Part shown: piece after piece, positions 12,914 to 27,085 of the stretch
Layout of the letters: every line of letters starts with the position of its first letter
Numbering within the stretch: the first letter of the stretch is position 1
DNA from: Octopus vulgaris
Taxonomy: Eukaryota
Direction: 5' to 3'
DNA: 64,000 bases
Assembly (NCBI GenBank): GCA_951406725.2
Contig: OX597817.1
Location: forward strand, 123,256,001-123,320,000
The notes under the pieces: model-generated
Databases searched by the model: none
The model's input: the letters and a program-made list of their open reading frames with translations, nothing else
What the model was told of the DNA's origin: nothing
Position numbers and translations under genes: made by a program

Positions 12914-14289
12914 TCATATATATGTTTGTATGTGTGTACATGGATATATATCTACATATATATATACATATATGTATGTATATGTGTATATAGATATATA
13001 TATGCATACGTGTGTATGGATATATGTATATATAAAGAGAGAGAGTTATATATATACTACGCATAATATATATTTATACATACATGCACAAACACATACA
13101 CACACATAAACACACACGTATATAGGCCTATACTCCTACGCACTTATATACTCCTATATTACTGAGGAATTGGCGATAAGTAGACCAGATCATTAATATG
13201 CGAAAACAGTCTTAAATACATAATAACGTGTAGCATTATTATAAATAATAACTGAATCAAATACTTGTGTATTTCTGTGTGTATGTGTACGTGTAAGCAT
13301 GTGAGCATATGTGTGCGCGCGCGAGTGCGTGAGTGTGCGTGTGTGTGCTGTTTAATTGTTATAATGTCTTTATCTTGATGTAATTGTCTAAGTTTCATCA
13401 TATGATCTGATATCAATTTTCGAATAAGTCAGAAAGCTCTAAGTATATGTCACAGAAATTAAATGAATCTATTCAATGTTCTCCTAAGATATTTAGAAGA
13501 CTTAAAATAGATTATATTTTTTTTCTTGTACATTTTTTAAACCGAAAAATAATGCGGAAAGTTCATCATATGCAGGAAGTGTTAAACAAAGATTTCAATG
13601 AATGTTGCCAAGTTCGATATAAATATATTCAAGGCTATTCCGGTGCAATATTTCATTTTATTAATAGTAAGTAATATGACACAACTCCGTGAATATAATA
13701 AGAGTCATAAAGATTAAAAAAATGTAAAAAAATGAACTCCAGGAAAGAGAAAATACTGCCAAAATCTAAATTGATATGTGATCAAATACAATAAACGAAT
13801 CACTTATGTGGTGGTAGAGCATACAATGTGAAAACAATGATGAAAATAACAAGCAAAAAGTAAAAGAAGTATGAAAAATGAAGAATTAATTATTCGCACC
13901 ATCCAAAAGGATTTCAAAGGTGATTGATTGCGTATACAACAACAGCAGCAGCTTCAGCGGCAACATCAACAAACAGAAAGAAGGCTCCACAACGTCAATG
14001 ATTTGCTAGAAATAGCAGTGAAATCTTTCTCAAGTCATACACATTTTTCTTTGTTAGTATGTGAATTGGCAGAATTATTAGAGCATCGGGCTGAATAACT
14101 TACAGTATTCGCTACTCTACGTTACGATTCAAATCCCACCAAAGACATGTTCACATTTTTAGTCTCCAGAAGCGATAAAATGAATAAATACGACTACAAT
14201 TTTGAAGAAGTTAGACTGATTTAACTAATTAAAACCTTCGTCTATGTGTCTAGCACTACTCCCATGTTTGGAGCATTTATTTAATCCTC

Positions 14290-14510
14290 TTTGAGCGGTG
14301 GATTACTAGAATGATATGAGTAATAGTTAGTGTCTTGCGTTATTCCGTCTATTTCTATGCATTATAAACATAAGTTTAGCCGAGGTCATCTTTGGCTTCT
14401 ATCATTCCACTGTCGATAAAATAAAGTACACGTGAAATACTGGGGTCGATGTAATCGACTATTACCTCAGCCAAATTTGAGATCGTGTATCTATGTTCGA
14501 AGTTATTATT
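14290..14510 (+). mobile_element. SINE family A, degenerate
   Basis: GCCGAGGTCATCTTTGGCTTCTATCATTCCACTGTCGATAAAATAAAGTAC...CTGGGGTCGATGTAATCGACT. Confidence 0.7.
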
Positions 14511-14829
14511 TAGTTGGTCTTCTTCCCTGGTGGGAAATAAGGTGTCGACGATGTAATTTCATTGAAACCTGTCCTGTACTTTGCTCTTACTGAGAAGATA
14601 TACAATTTAAGTTGTTCCCACTGAGTATATTGTTGAATAAATCGTTAGTTAAGGTGTGTCATTTGAGAGACATTTGGCTATCATTTCTAGCATGTCGAGC
14701 AATCACATAGAGCCCATTACGCTGAGATAATCTTTGAGATACCCATCTAGAAGGATAAGAAGAAAAGAAGCAGCAGCAGCAGTAACAGTAGTAGTAGTAG
14801 TAGTGGTAGTAGTAGTGGTAGTGGTGGTG

Positions 14830-14875
<46 letters not shown>

Positions 14876-16944
14876 ATATTATTATTGTTTAACTCCAGCT
14901 CAGCCCCTGTGAGCAAGTAGCTTTTGATCTTGGTCGTGCAAAACTGATAACAGTCCTAAGCCAGTTGAAATGTGGACACAATTTTAATCGAAAATACACT
15001 CATGTTAGTTGTGAAATGTAGTTCACATTTCAGATATTAACTGGCTCTGTAAAATATTGGCCCCACTTTAAAAATCTCATCACCTATTCTAAAAATCAGC
15101 GTTAAATGGATATAATATTTGTATGACATGTTTATATAAGTATATGTGGCTTACATGATCTATTTACAAAATAACCGAACAGAATAAAAAAGAATTAGAT
15201 CGTTCTTTAAGAGAGATAATTCCTTTACCTTTCACACCAGTTGAGTGAAAAGCCGTCCGTCGCCTGTTACTGGAGTGGCGTGAATTGGACCAACAAACCC
15301 ACTTAGATTCTCCTCTATTCTGTTATGAACTGCGTAAAATTGGGTCCATGATTTTACATATGTGACTATCTTGTCTTGTTTTCAGAAATACTATAGCTAG
15401 CACTAGATAATCAGGGTGTCCTTCACATATTTTAAAGACGTTAGTGTATGGATTGAGGGACATTCGACTGTTAATACTAACAAATCGAGCGACCAAATAG
15501 AATTCCCGGTTTTCCTTACTTCAATACTTTAGGACTAGTCGCTTAAATCAAAGGATGAGAAAGAAAATTAAAATAAACTTTACATAGAAAAGAGAAAAAA
15601 ACTACACACTTTCCATGAATGCATATAATTCTCCCATAGTCACCATCCCATTCATGCAAAAATCAGAAAGGAAAAAACACCAAAAGAACTCATCATACTC
15701 AATGATTGAACATGCTACCTTTGTCGTACAAAATCAATATATTTCAATGATAGCTGTCAGAGGAAACCTACTGAGACAAACATTTACGTCCATTGTGTCG
15801 AGTGATAAACTACTTGTAGAAACAGACAATACATTCCTACATGCACAATGTTTTTTTTTGTAAATCATTTATATATTATTTGTTATATAATAGTTGCTGT
15901 TTAAAAATCAAACAAGCAGCCTATGAGCTTGTGCCCTACCTGCTTACTTACATACCGAACGCATATTTCATCTAATGTGTATGTATGTACATATCTATTC
16001 AGGTCGATGTGTGTATATGTATGTGCATGTGTGAATATTTATATAATACATATATACACATATATATATGTATATATATGTGCATATATATGTATATATA
16101 TGTATATATATATGTATATATATATATATGTATGTATATATATATGCGCACATTTTATACACACACAAGTACGTATGCATAATATATACGAATATATATA
16201 TCTGTGTGTGTATGAGTGTGTGTGTGTATTTATATATACATATATATATACGCACATGCATACAAATATATATTTGTAAATATACATATATTTTACACAT
16301 ATAGATATATATTTACATGCATAAGCATAAACTTTAGTTTCTCAGCCTTTGTGTGTATTTTTTTGTCTGTGCTTGAGTGAGTGTTTACAAAGTATACGAT
16401 ATTATTAAAAGAGAATATAGGCGTTGATTAAAAAAAGTCTATAGTAAAACAGAAAGTTTGAATGATGTGAATATAAACAATAAATAAAAATAAATATAAG
16501 GGAAGATGGAATGAAAGCAACATCGAATTAATAGTCTATTATACTGAGGTAGAAATCTTGAATGAAACAAACAAAAACAGGCCAACAAGCCAATTCTTGA
16601 ATGCTACCATATAGACTTAATACTATAATCCGTATATTTACTACAAGGTTAAAAGTTAAAACTGTAAATGGAAAAAATATTGATCTATTTTACAAGTGAA
16701 TTATTGTGACTAACATTTATTACTTCTAAAAAATTTTTTTTTATTTTTATTATTTAGAAAATATAATCTTAAAAATCTAAATTCTATACGAATTATTTTG
16801 TTTTTGTTGTTTTCGAAATATATAGATTTCAATATAAATTCATTTTCTTAATGCATAGAAATATTTCACATATTTGTAATTTCAACGAATGAAATGAACA
16901 TTTTGCTAATTATGAGTTAGTTAAGCTGTTTGAAGATAACTTTA

Positions 16945-17092
16945 TATGTTCTCTGTTCAAATCCCATCAAGGTCGTCTTTGCTTTCGATCCTTTTGGGTT
17001 TGATAAAATAAAGTACCAATCAAGTACTGGCGTTGACGCAATATTTTTGTACACTAAGTCCTCACAATTGTTGACCTGTTGCCAAAATTAAT
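16945..17092 (+). mobile_element. SINE family A fragment
   Basis: GTTCAAATCCCATCAAGGTCGTCTTTGCTTTCGATCCTTTTGGGTTTGATAAAATAAAGTACC. Confidence 0.7.
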
Positions 17093-17099
17093 ACAAATG

Positions 17100-17107
17100 G
17101 TTATTAC

Positions 17108-17194
<87 letters not shown>

Positions 17195-17218
17195 CATCAT
17201 CATTATTATTATTATTAT
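17100..17218. repeat. (ATT)n microsatellite, tail of the adjacent minus-strand LINE
   Basis: Visible run. Confidence 0.95.
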
Positions 17219-17219
17219 A

Positions 17220-18055
17220 CAGAATTGACTGTTGGAAAATAAAAATTCCTAACATCTGGCTGCAACAAGTAACCTTAGATGTCAAGAACCCTCCTAAGTA
17301 TTCTATCTGTTCCTAATGACAATTTTCTGGAGCTGTACTAAACTGGGTTTTGTGCTTATTTCCTCTATCCATCTGTTCAAATATTAAGGGATAGTTCTTA
17401 ATGCACCTATAACTACTGGGATATATTATACCCACACTTTCCATAGTCTCTGTAATTCAATGGCTAGGTCCTGCTATTTTGCTATTTTTTCTATACCTCT
17501 CATACTGATTTTTCATCATTTGGGACTGTAAATTAAATTATCTGGCACTTTCTATTCTCATTATCTACTAGTACTAGACCAGACCTTCTAGTCTCTATTA
17601 CTTTGTCAGTTTCAATGTTAAAGTCCCACGACATCTTATATTTTTTACTTTCTAGTACTGTACTAGATTCGTGTTCATACTATTTATCAGGATGGTCAAA
17701 TCCTAGGTTTCTATATATTTCCTAGTCGATTACTCTCTTTAGGTTGTCATGTCTTCTCTTGTGTTCTTTCTGTGCCAGCATGCTACATTCACTTACTATA
17801 TGAGTAACACTTTCATCTTTTGATTTGCATAACCCACACTCGAAACCTACTTGGTTTTGTCTATCCTGAATTTTATCCAATTGGTCCTTAATGCTTGATC
17901 TTATGCTGCAACTAACAAGCTTTCTGTTTCGCTTTACAGCCTTACTTTCTGCAACCATATCCATGTCTCACTATTACTATTTGTTGCAACTATCTTTGGG
18001 AATCTACCATGCAACGTCTTCTACCAGTCAGATAACTTTTGTTCTTTTCTCTGGT
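17220..18055 (-). mobile_element. Degenerate R4/Dong-type LINE 3' part (CCHC finger plus REL endonuclease)
   Basis: ORF 17722-17964: CGLCKSKDESVTHIVSECSMLAQKEHKRRHDNL (CX2C..H..C and RHD). Remnants of WDFNIETDKVIETRR follow. Confidence 0.85.
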
Positions 18056-18099
18056 TTTTAACTTCGCTTTTTTGGCATAAAATATGAACTAAATAAAAC

Positions 18100-19100
18100 A
18101 CGAGAAAAGACTTTTCTCACAAAGAAAATACTTTTAGACCAAAAATGATTAATCGTGAATAGGTAGTGTCTATCCCAACAGAATTGGAGGAAATCGCTAC
18201 AATAGAGAAAGAATGTGATCGTGACTATGCTGGACACGAAAAGCAAAAAGCAGAACAAAAACAGGGATTAGTAGAGGGGTCAATATATCACTACAAAAGA
18301 AACAGATGCCCGGATTAAGGTCAGTTTTACTGTGCAGAGGGAAAGACTACTACTAGGAAAGTAAGAAATTTACTTCTACACTTGAATGAGGCACGAAATA
18401 GCAAAGGAAAGAAACAACCAGCTCCGAGAGGAATTGAAAGAGGAAAACTATAAAGTAGTGAAAAAGATGGACGAACTCTTAACGAAACTCTACATGGAAA
18501 AAATTTTACAGATTCAAACAGCCTTATGTACTGCTCAGCCTCTGTTACTGTGAAATCTCTTGGAGCTAAAAGTCAAAGAAAAACAAAGAAAAAGTACACA
18601 TGGTGGGAATGAATATTTGAGACCCAAATTAAACGGGTAAAGTGAGATATTGGTCAGATAAATGTAATCTTAGAAAAGAAGGGGCTGAAGGAAAGTTACA
18701 GAAACGAATTGCAAAGGAAACACAACATATAATGCAAAGGACTGCAAATTGTTAAGGAAGAACTACAACAAAAATCAAAGCAGTGTCGGGTAAAGAAAAA
18801 AAAAATACCAATAGAGAACAAATCAGCATCGGCAGAATAGACTTTTCTAGAACAGCAAAAGAAAATTCTTTAAACAACTGAACAATCAAGAAGAGCGTCG
18901 GAGAAATGATATGCCAGACGATGAAGGAGTACAAATATCTGGAAAAGTAAAATATCTGGAGAAAGTAAGTGCCACATAATATACAAGCTGATTATGGGAA
19001 TTAAAAAGAGAAATAGAAAATGGAGCGACCAAGAAAATATAACAATCGCGGATCAGAAAATAAAGGAAATCATCAGAAAAATACCAAACTGTTTCCAAAC
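18100..19100 (+). mobile_element. Degenerate N-terminal ORF region of an R4/Dong-type LINE
   Basis: Purine-rich decayed coding sequence reading LMYCSASVTVKSLG...KYTWWE*IFETQIKRVK*DIGQ, resembling the pre-RT region of this clade. Confidence 0.5.
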
Positions 19101-19109
19101 AGAAGGAAA

Positions 19110-19560
19110 TTGTGATTGACAAGGATGGAAAATGGGAGGTGGAAGCAGATCTTGTAGGGTGTGAACGCCTCTTTCAAATAACAATGAGGAAGAAGCTGGA
19201 TATGACAATATGGAGTGAGGAATGTAAGATAGTTCAGTTTGCCGAAGGCAATGTGAATGCAGCCCAGATTAGGAAAGACCAGCATTATCAGATGTTACTG
19301 GAAGACTGTGTAGATGTAGCACACTTTCCGGTACAAGTAGGATGCAGGGTTTTTTGGGTCCGACTGAGACAGTGGCAGCTATCAATTAGTGCCCAACATC
19401 GGCATGCAAGCACCATGTTGGGGGAAATCCAAGCGACAGTTGAGAGGGTGAGTCATTGGATATGGCTGAAAAGGAATGATGAACACTGATTGGAGAGGGG
19501 ATGATCCCGAAATGAACTTGAGGTTGAATACTAGTCCGTCGAAACAGCAGGTGGAGTCCT
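19110..19560 (+). mobile_element. HERO/NeSL-like non-LTR retrotransposon C-terminal REL fragment
   Basis: ORF 19112-19489: LDMTIWSEECKIV...RKDQHYQMLLEDC..FPVQVGCRVF...VERVSHWIWLKR, resembling the PD..W, PVEVG.RGF and ERAS.W.W.KR motifs. Confidence 0.7.
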
Positions 19561-19984
19561 CAGATCAATGCGCTGTAAATCCATCGATGGAAGGCCCCGA
19601 AATAATGCACATTTTATCCTGATGATCTCTGAAACCTTCTGGCATCCGACATGCGGAGTTTTCGACTGACTTACTTTGCACCAGCAAGCTGTTTTCAAGT
19701 CCCTTATGATTTCGTGTATATTTTTTCGATTTTGTTTCTGAGTTAATCTTGCTTAAAGCATAACACCTGGATAGATATCATGACAATCTGGGAATTATCA
19801 AATTGTCCAGTACAAGTACTTATTTTGCACTTTCACAGCACATCTGAAAGTTGCCTTTTCTGTACTGAATACGAGCAGTTGTATTCTGCTTTTCTGTTTA
19901 ACTATACATTGCATTGAATGTATTCCTTTGTAATATGTGTGCAGTCCCTTGTCATGTTATTTATGTATGTTGTGTATGTATATA

Positions 19985-20410
19985 TAAGCCCCGAGCTTTT
20001 GGTTATGTATTGTCCAAATCATTTTTATGAATTCTAAGCAATCTGTAATTATGAGGTTTGTTTCTGTTTCAGTCCATACATTTTGGTTATGCTTATTTCC
20101 GAATATTCATGTTTCGATAGCTTCTCTATTTTCTTTTGAGATATATTGTCGTTTGTTGGCATTTCTAAATCAATTACGAAACATTTCTCTTTTCTGTTTG
20201 TATTTGACAAGATTATCTGGACAAATAATAACATACCGATTTACATTAATCTCCCAGTTTCTATGAATTAGCATTTTGCAGAGTGCGGTCACTTTGTCAT
20301 TTTCTGAAACCTTTAGTAATGTGTATTCGTATCATCTTTATTCCTGCTATTTCATAATGCTAGTATAATGTTCAGTGTATGAAAACTTAGCTCTGTTATG
20401 CGTGCACATA
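19985..20410 (-). mobile_element. Degenerate R4/Dong-type REL fragment
   Basis: EKCFVIDLEMPTNDNISQKKIEKLSKHEYSEISITKMY aligns with the 8.2-kb copy. Confidence 0.8.
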
Positions 20411-20554
20411 GAGGGTAGGTAAAAAACCGTTTTCCTTTTAAAGCTGAAGTAAGATTTTAACAAAAATGTAATGACATTTTTCCTGTTGATATAATTATTT
20501 TGAAACCAGGTTCTTCATGAACTTAAGAAATTAACGAATAAGAAACACATTAGG

Positions 20555-20762
20555 TTCAAATCACGGTACAAGGCCAGCAAATTGGGGCTCTGAGTAAATC
20601 GATTTCATCGCCTCCTGTTTTGAACTGTTAATTATTATTATCGACCTCCAACTGTTGAAAGGCCAAGTCAACCTAAGTGGAATTTGAACTGGAACGTAAA
20701 GACGAACGAAATGCTGCTAAGCATTTTGCCTGGCCTGCTAACCATTCTGCTAACCCGTCGCA
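20555..20762 (-). mobile_element. SINE family A
   Basis: GGAATTTGAACTGGAACGTAAAGACGAACGAAATGCTGCTAAGCATTTTGCCTGGCCTGCTAACCATTCTGC. Confidence 0.8.
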
Positions 20763-21549
20763 TTAATATCCCCTCGGATATTGTGAGCTATCATGAAACA
20801 TGACCTAGAAACATTTTAACTTTGCGAAGCTTAGATTGGAAGACATTCACGAGATGTTGTTTCAAAATTACTCCAAAATAATTTCCGAGATCCAAAATAA
20901 ATATGTCTAAAGAGAAAATAGTTTTATCTATTATTAAAAAGTTATTTAAATTTCAATATGAAAAGTTGCTTTTGTACCGCACACTGCATATTCGATGTTG
21001 TGTGGGACTGAGCAGCCTTAAACAAACAGCTTTCACATATTATGCCGTTATTTTGTGTATTCTGATTCATTACATCTATTTAGTAAGCTTTGGTGTCAAG
21101 GCTTTGATCTTACGTATTCGGTCTCAGTTTTGAAACTAGTGCAGAGGTTTCTTTTTAATCTGTTTCTTCTTTGCTTTGTCTTGTTACGTATTAACCATTC
21201 ATGAAACTTTTCTCTTCAAAATATTATTATGAAAATCATGTAATCCATTTTTCAATTTGTTTTTCTTTTTTGTTTTATTTAAGATTTTATCATTGTTTAT
21301 CCCCGCTCCACTTCACAGGTGTAATCACACGATTTAATATTTGCTGGCATCCTCAAAGAGAGAAAAAATTTATTCGTATCTTTTATATTTTATAGATTTT
21401 TGTATTAGTTTCTATTTATTTTTAGCAGAAAATACAATCGTCCCACATTAAAAGTTTTATAATTTTCTTGTTGCCAAACATTACTATCACCTTTTACTTG
21501 TTATAAATATAATTGTTCTGAGTCAGATTTATGTAGTGTAGTCAAAATA

Positions 21550-21690
21550 CATTATTATCATTATTATTGTTATTATTATTATTATTATTATTGTTATTAT
21601 CATTATTATTATTGTTTCTTCTTCTTCTTCTTCTTCTTCTTCTTCTTGTTCTTCTTCTTCTTCTTCTTCTTCTTCTTCTTCTTCTTCTCC

Positions 21691-21750
<60 letters not shown>

Positions 21751-21834
21751 TTATTATTATTATTGTTATTATTATTATTATTATTTTTATTATTATTATT
21801 ATTATTATTATTGTTATTATTATTGTTATTATTA

Positions 21835-21896
<62 letters not shown>

Positions 21897-21905
21897 GTCA
21901 TTATT
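21550..21905. repeat. (ATT)n/(CTT)n compound microsatellite
   Basis: Visible runs, ~350 bp. Confidence 0.95.
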
Positions 21906-21919
21906 GTGTGTTTTTTTAT

Positions 21920-22880
21920 TTCCTGCCTAGCCTTTTTAATTAGTTTAGCCTTCTGCTGAGACTATCACAACTACGATTGATTACTAGAAAGGCTAGAGTA
22001 TTGGTACATAGTATCTTATATTTTCCTTATCACTCTGTTTTACGTATTAATATAATGATGCCATTATAATCCTTCTTAACCTTATCATTCGCGTGTGTTG
22101 AACTTCGTTTGGTTCATTAATTTCTAAGTGACTGTAAGTCTGTGTTTGGTCTAATTTACTTATCTCTGTCTTATCTTTGTCTAACATAATATTAGTGGTC
22201 TTTATTAATTTTCCACTTTTCAAAGTTGCCTTAGTACAAGTTTTCTAAACTAAATTTAATTCCAGTTTCTGAATGAGTGAAATGTATGTAACATTGATTT
22301 CAATCATTCGGCATCGGCAACGTACGACTTGATATTATATTCAAAAGTTGGTTGAATGACCTCTCATGATATTTGTATCCACTCTTGTTTTGGATGCTGG
22401 TTAATCATATTAATGCCAGACAGAAAATAAATGAAGAGACAGATAGGGAGAAAGAAAGAAAGAAAGAAAGAAAGAGAAAGAGAGAGAGAGAGTAATATAG
22501 TGAAAGTCTTCGAATATTGTCCTCATAAAGATAGATTAGGTTTTCATAATACCCTCAGACTTGTTTGCAATATATTCAAATTATGTTTGATGTACTAGCT
22601 TGCCGTTAACACCTTCTCACTCATGCTTAGTGCTTCTTGAATCTGGTTATGGGCAACGCACTGAAAGACCTTCTAGTTCATTTTAAATTCAGATCCTTTT
22701 AAATCTCATTAAAATTTTGTTGAGTATTTGATCATTACAATAATATAAACTTACAATTGTTTTCAGGAAATGTTTAGTCAGGGCTATATTATTGCAGTTA
22801 AGGAAGTGCATTGTGTAGTCATGCAGATTATATGTCAATGTCTATTTGTGCTTTTGATGGGGCGATGCAGTTAAGTAGTA
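21920..22880 (-). mobile_element. Highly degenerate R4/Dong RT fragment
   Basis: Minus strand 22130-22280 reads GIKFSLE/CTKATLKSGKLIKTTNIMLDK...KLDQTQTY, matching MKFGLEKCTKVTLKRGKLVKSSNITLDK of the 38.1-kb copy. Confidence 0.65.
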
Positions 22881-23329
22881 TGGCAAATTTATATAATACA
22901 AGATCAGTTTTATAAACTTTGAGACCTTGTATTAATATACAATACGATTATTATAGTTATCATCATCGTTTGAAACAGTAGTAGCAGCAGTGGTGAAGGC
23001 AACGGTAGCAGCAACTGCAGTAACACTTGTAGTTGTAGTAGTAATGGTAGCCTATACAATGAAACTAGGGAATCTTTTTCATTGCTTTTCGCATATTCCT
23101 GAAAATGAAACTAGAAGTTTATTGCAATACTTCGATGATTGTAGCAAGGTTAAAACCGAACCCGTCTGAATACAACAAACAGCATCCCAACTGCAAGCAG
23201 TCGGGTTGGATGTAGGTACAGGCTAGTGTTTAATAACTAAAAGAGAAATTACTCAATGCGAGTGTATCAGATCATCGATGATTCCGGATTGAATATTTGC
23301 CGAAAACAAAGCGCTTTGTTCACAAATAA

Positions 23330-23765
23330 TTACTACATAGCTAAGAAATTCGCTTCACAACATGTCGTTTCAAATTCAGTCCCATTTCGCGAAAAACCCG
23401 GGCAATGCCTTGTGAATTAAATTGATAGATGGAAGCTCTGTGGAAGTCCGTTGTCTACATATTTGTGTGTATATGCGTGTGTGTGTGTGTGTGTGTGTGT
23501 ACATCTATCGTGTATATGCACGTATGTGAGCGTGCGTGAGTGTACTTTTATGTTTTTACCCCAAACACTTGTCAACCGTACCTTTTTATTTACACTCCTG
23601 TGACTTAGCGTTTCAGTAAAAAAAAATAAAAATTGGTGGAATAAGTATCCGGAATTAAAAAAGAAAACGGAAAAAAACTGTGATCTATTGGTTCTACTAA
23701 CCCGACAGAGTAGTGGCTTAGTATAGCCGCAGTTCTATCACGAAAACAACTAAAAGCGGAAAAGA
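23330..23765 (+). mobile_element. SINE family B, old diverged copy
   Basis: Same block order as the younger copies: TTCAGTCCCA, GGGCAA, GATGGAAG, TG microsatellite, GACTTAGCGTTTC, GAATAAGTA, ATAGCCGCAG. Confidence 0.6.
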
Positions 23766-23862
23766 GAATGTAGATCGTGTTTATCTATTCTATTGTATGT
23801 GTAAATCATATTTCCTACTTTAAAATTTGCTGGTTTCTTTTAGTATAAGGTATAATACTAAT

Positions 23863-24243
23863 GTGGAGGCGCAATTGCCCAGTGGTTAGGGCAGCTGACT
23901 CGCGGTCATAGGATCGCGGTTTCGATTCCCAGACCGGGCGTTGTGAGTGTTTATTGAGCGAAAACACCTAAAGCTCCACGAGGCTCCGGCAGGGATGGTG
24001 GTGATCCCTGCTGTACTCTTTCACCACAACTTTCTCTCACTCTTACTTCCTGTTTCTGATGTATCTGTATTTCAAAGGGCCGGCCTTGTCACTCTCTGTG
24101 TCACGCTGAATATCCCCGAGAACTACGTTAAGGGTACACGTGTCTGTGGAGTGCTCAGCCACTTACACGTTAATTTCACGAGTAGGCTGTTCCGTTGATC
24201 GGATCAACCGGAACCCTCATCGTCGTTACCGACGAGTGCTTCC
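23863..24243 (+). mobile_element. tRNA-derived SINE family D
   Basis: TGTGGAGGCGCAATTGCCCAGTGGTTAGGGCAG (A box), GGTTTCGATTCCC (B box), TTGAGCGAAAACACC. GC-rich ~380-bp body. Confidence 0.85.
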
Positions 24244-24635
24244 GATAATACTAATAAGCATTGATGTTTTCGATTTCTTTGATTATGAAACAAATGTTAC
24301 ATTGTTGTTGCATCTGTTAAATGTATATCTTTTTCATAGTAAGAGCTACGCTTTTTGATTAAAGCATGTTTTTGTGTTCGATTTATAAAAACTTTTAATC
24401 CGTGTTTAATGCGAGTATAGGACTGGAACTTTCCTGGTTATGTGAAGTGTGCTTATCACACACTCGTCGTAAAAGCCCTTGCTTAAATTGCTTCACGCAT
24501 ATAAATATATTGATAGATCTAATCCATGGATGTTCTGCTTATTGTTATAATACAAATGAAATGTTAGTTCGGATACCTTTAACTAAGAGGATACTGTTTT
24601 TCTTAGGGCTCACGGTTTATTAGAAGCATAACGTG

Positions 24636-24698
<63 letters not shown>

Positions 24699-24768
24699 TT
24701 AGAGACAAAATTTTACTATTTAATTGGATACAATCCTAAATCTGATTTTTCCCTAATATTTACAATTA

Positions 24769-24805
<37 letters not shown>

Positions 24806-24856
24806 AAATTATATAATATATGTATGTATATGTAGATACATAATATTTACATATAA

Positions 24857-24894
<38 letters not shown>

Positions 24895-26505
24895 GTATGT
24901 ATATGTATATGAATGTGTTTGTGTGTGTATGTATGTATGTATGTATCGATATAGTTCAAGCATCATTTCTGTGAATTCATAAAAACCTATTCTTCCGTTT
25001 CTTCTGTTACTTTTAATATTTTCGGACAACAATTACCTTATCAAACTCAATATTTTCCTTACTTGTATTCTAGTTGATCTCTCTTCTTATTGAATAGCGA
25101 AAACGCCTTTTACTGTAGACGGACGTAAAGCAATGTATTATAAAGAAAACTTGGATCTTTTTGTTCGACAAACCGCTTTATACTCCTCCACACACATGTG
25201 TGTATGTATATATTTATGCACGTGTGTGTGTAAGCTACTTAACCATACGATTTAGTATGGACGTGTTTTTAACCGTGCAGCCATATCTGCGGTAATGTCT
25301 GCACCCATGCTCATATTTTCATATATATTTCTATACTTAAAAAGTATTTACACCTACTGTAGAATTAAATATTGAGTGTACCACTCTGAATTTTCCAGCA
25401 ATCACGCAACTGGCATAGAATCTAGAATTTTAATCAAGTTGGCTCTTCTTAGGATGCACTCAACATAATTAATTATGTCCACTAGTTGCCAGTTTCAGGC
25501 CAGTAAATATCTTTTACTATTCCTTTATTAGTAATTCTAAATGACCTCCGGCAAACTACAGAACAATCTGCATCAACATTTTAGCATCAATGAAGGTTAC
25601 GCATTTTGATCAGTTTTCTTTCTTTGTTTCATTCTTTATTCTCTTCTCTTTTTGTGTTTATTTGTAATATCAAGGTGTAAGTCAATATTAGTATTGAGCT
25701 GTCTTTGTTTTGACAGCGACATGTCAATGTGACATTGAGCTAGACATCAAACCACTGAAAGCAGACACTGTGCCAATTAACGATCTATTTGAATTTACTC
25801 TACTTTTATTTGTCAGTTCGTTATTATATACTAAATTATTTTATTAGGTTGCGATGCTAATCTGAGTTCAACTATTTCTGTGGCTATGGTTCGAAGAAAG
25901 TTGACATGTCAAAGATCAGCATTAAAACCTCACGAATTTTCACCCTATAATTTTGCCGAAGGGCTTTTAATTGATATTTTATAGATACCTCCATTGTGAG
26001 TGTATTCTCTTGCATTGCCATGACTTAGTAGGTCATAGAACACACATTCAATAATTGTATATCAGTGAAAATTTTGTTAACGATTTAAGAAGAAACAGAT
26101 TAATATTTTATGCATGCACCCTCGATTCACAAATAAACTGAGGCCTCAACATACCATATTGTGTTATCATATATGATATTTACATTCGAATAATCCTAAA
26201 CTGATTATTACTATTATTGTTATTGTTTATGCCCGATGTCAGGCGCTAATGTGTTGGAATGTGATTAAAGCGCGTTTAACATTTGCTTATCGAACAGTTT
26301 CAAATCGATGAAGGTAGGAAAAGATTCATATATTTAAGGAATTTCAAAAGATTTGTGAGGGAACTGTTAAGCGTTGTAGTTACTGTGACGTTTGTGGAAT
26401 GGTCTTAATATAGGTGACTAGTGATTCGGAAGTTCTAGAGAGTAGAGATGGCACGATACCAACTAGCCTTGAGGAAAAGAGACTTTGTTGTAGTCGTAGA
26501 AACCA

Positions 26506-26543
<38 letters not shown>

Positions 26544-26934
26544 GAGGGAGAGAGAGGGGGGGAGAGAGATCGGGGAGATCGGGGGAGAGAGATACACAGT
26601 GACTGACAAATGGCTGCACGTCTGCAGGCTAGAGGTAGATGATCTATCGATTCTTCTATCTAAGGATTTCTAAAGTAGACATAGCAACATAAATAAGGAT
26701 AAACGGAAGAGTAATTAAACCAATACTTAACTCATTCACTTTAGAACAATGAAAAGCAAAGGCAAACTTGATAGAATTTGAACCAGTGTAACATATAGTA
26801 CATGGCTACATACCAAAAGGCATTTTTCAAATACTCCAGTAATTCTACCCATATCCAATGGAAATTCTGAAAAGAAAAGAACAAAAACTTTAAGTAAAAT
26901 CAGTATGTGTCTTATATTGTCATTCGTATGACGA

Positions 26935-27085
26935 AGTGGCAGTATCATTTGAGCGTAGGACAAAATGACTTGTAATGCTTAGTCCAGTCCTCACGTTCTG
27001 AGTTCAAATCTCGCCGAGATTAACTTTATCTTTCGTCGTTTCAGGGGTCGATAATACAAAGTATTAGACCAGTGTTAATGGAGTT
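26935..27085 (+). mobile_element. SINE family A fragment
   Basis: ACGTTCTGAGTTCAAATCTCGCCGAG...TTTCAGGGGTCGATAA. Confidence 0.75.

Noticed and set aside
15229-15330. Possible minus-strand exon ending AAG|GTAAAG
   Set aside because: The only long frame stops just before the donor, and there is no homology.
23863-23940. tRNA gene
   Set aside because: A and B boxes are present but there is no complete cloverleaf and it continues into a SINE body. The same applies to 10795 and 56554.
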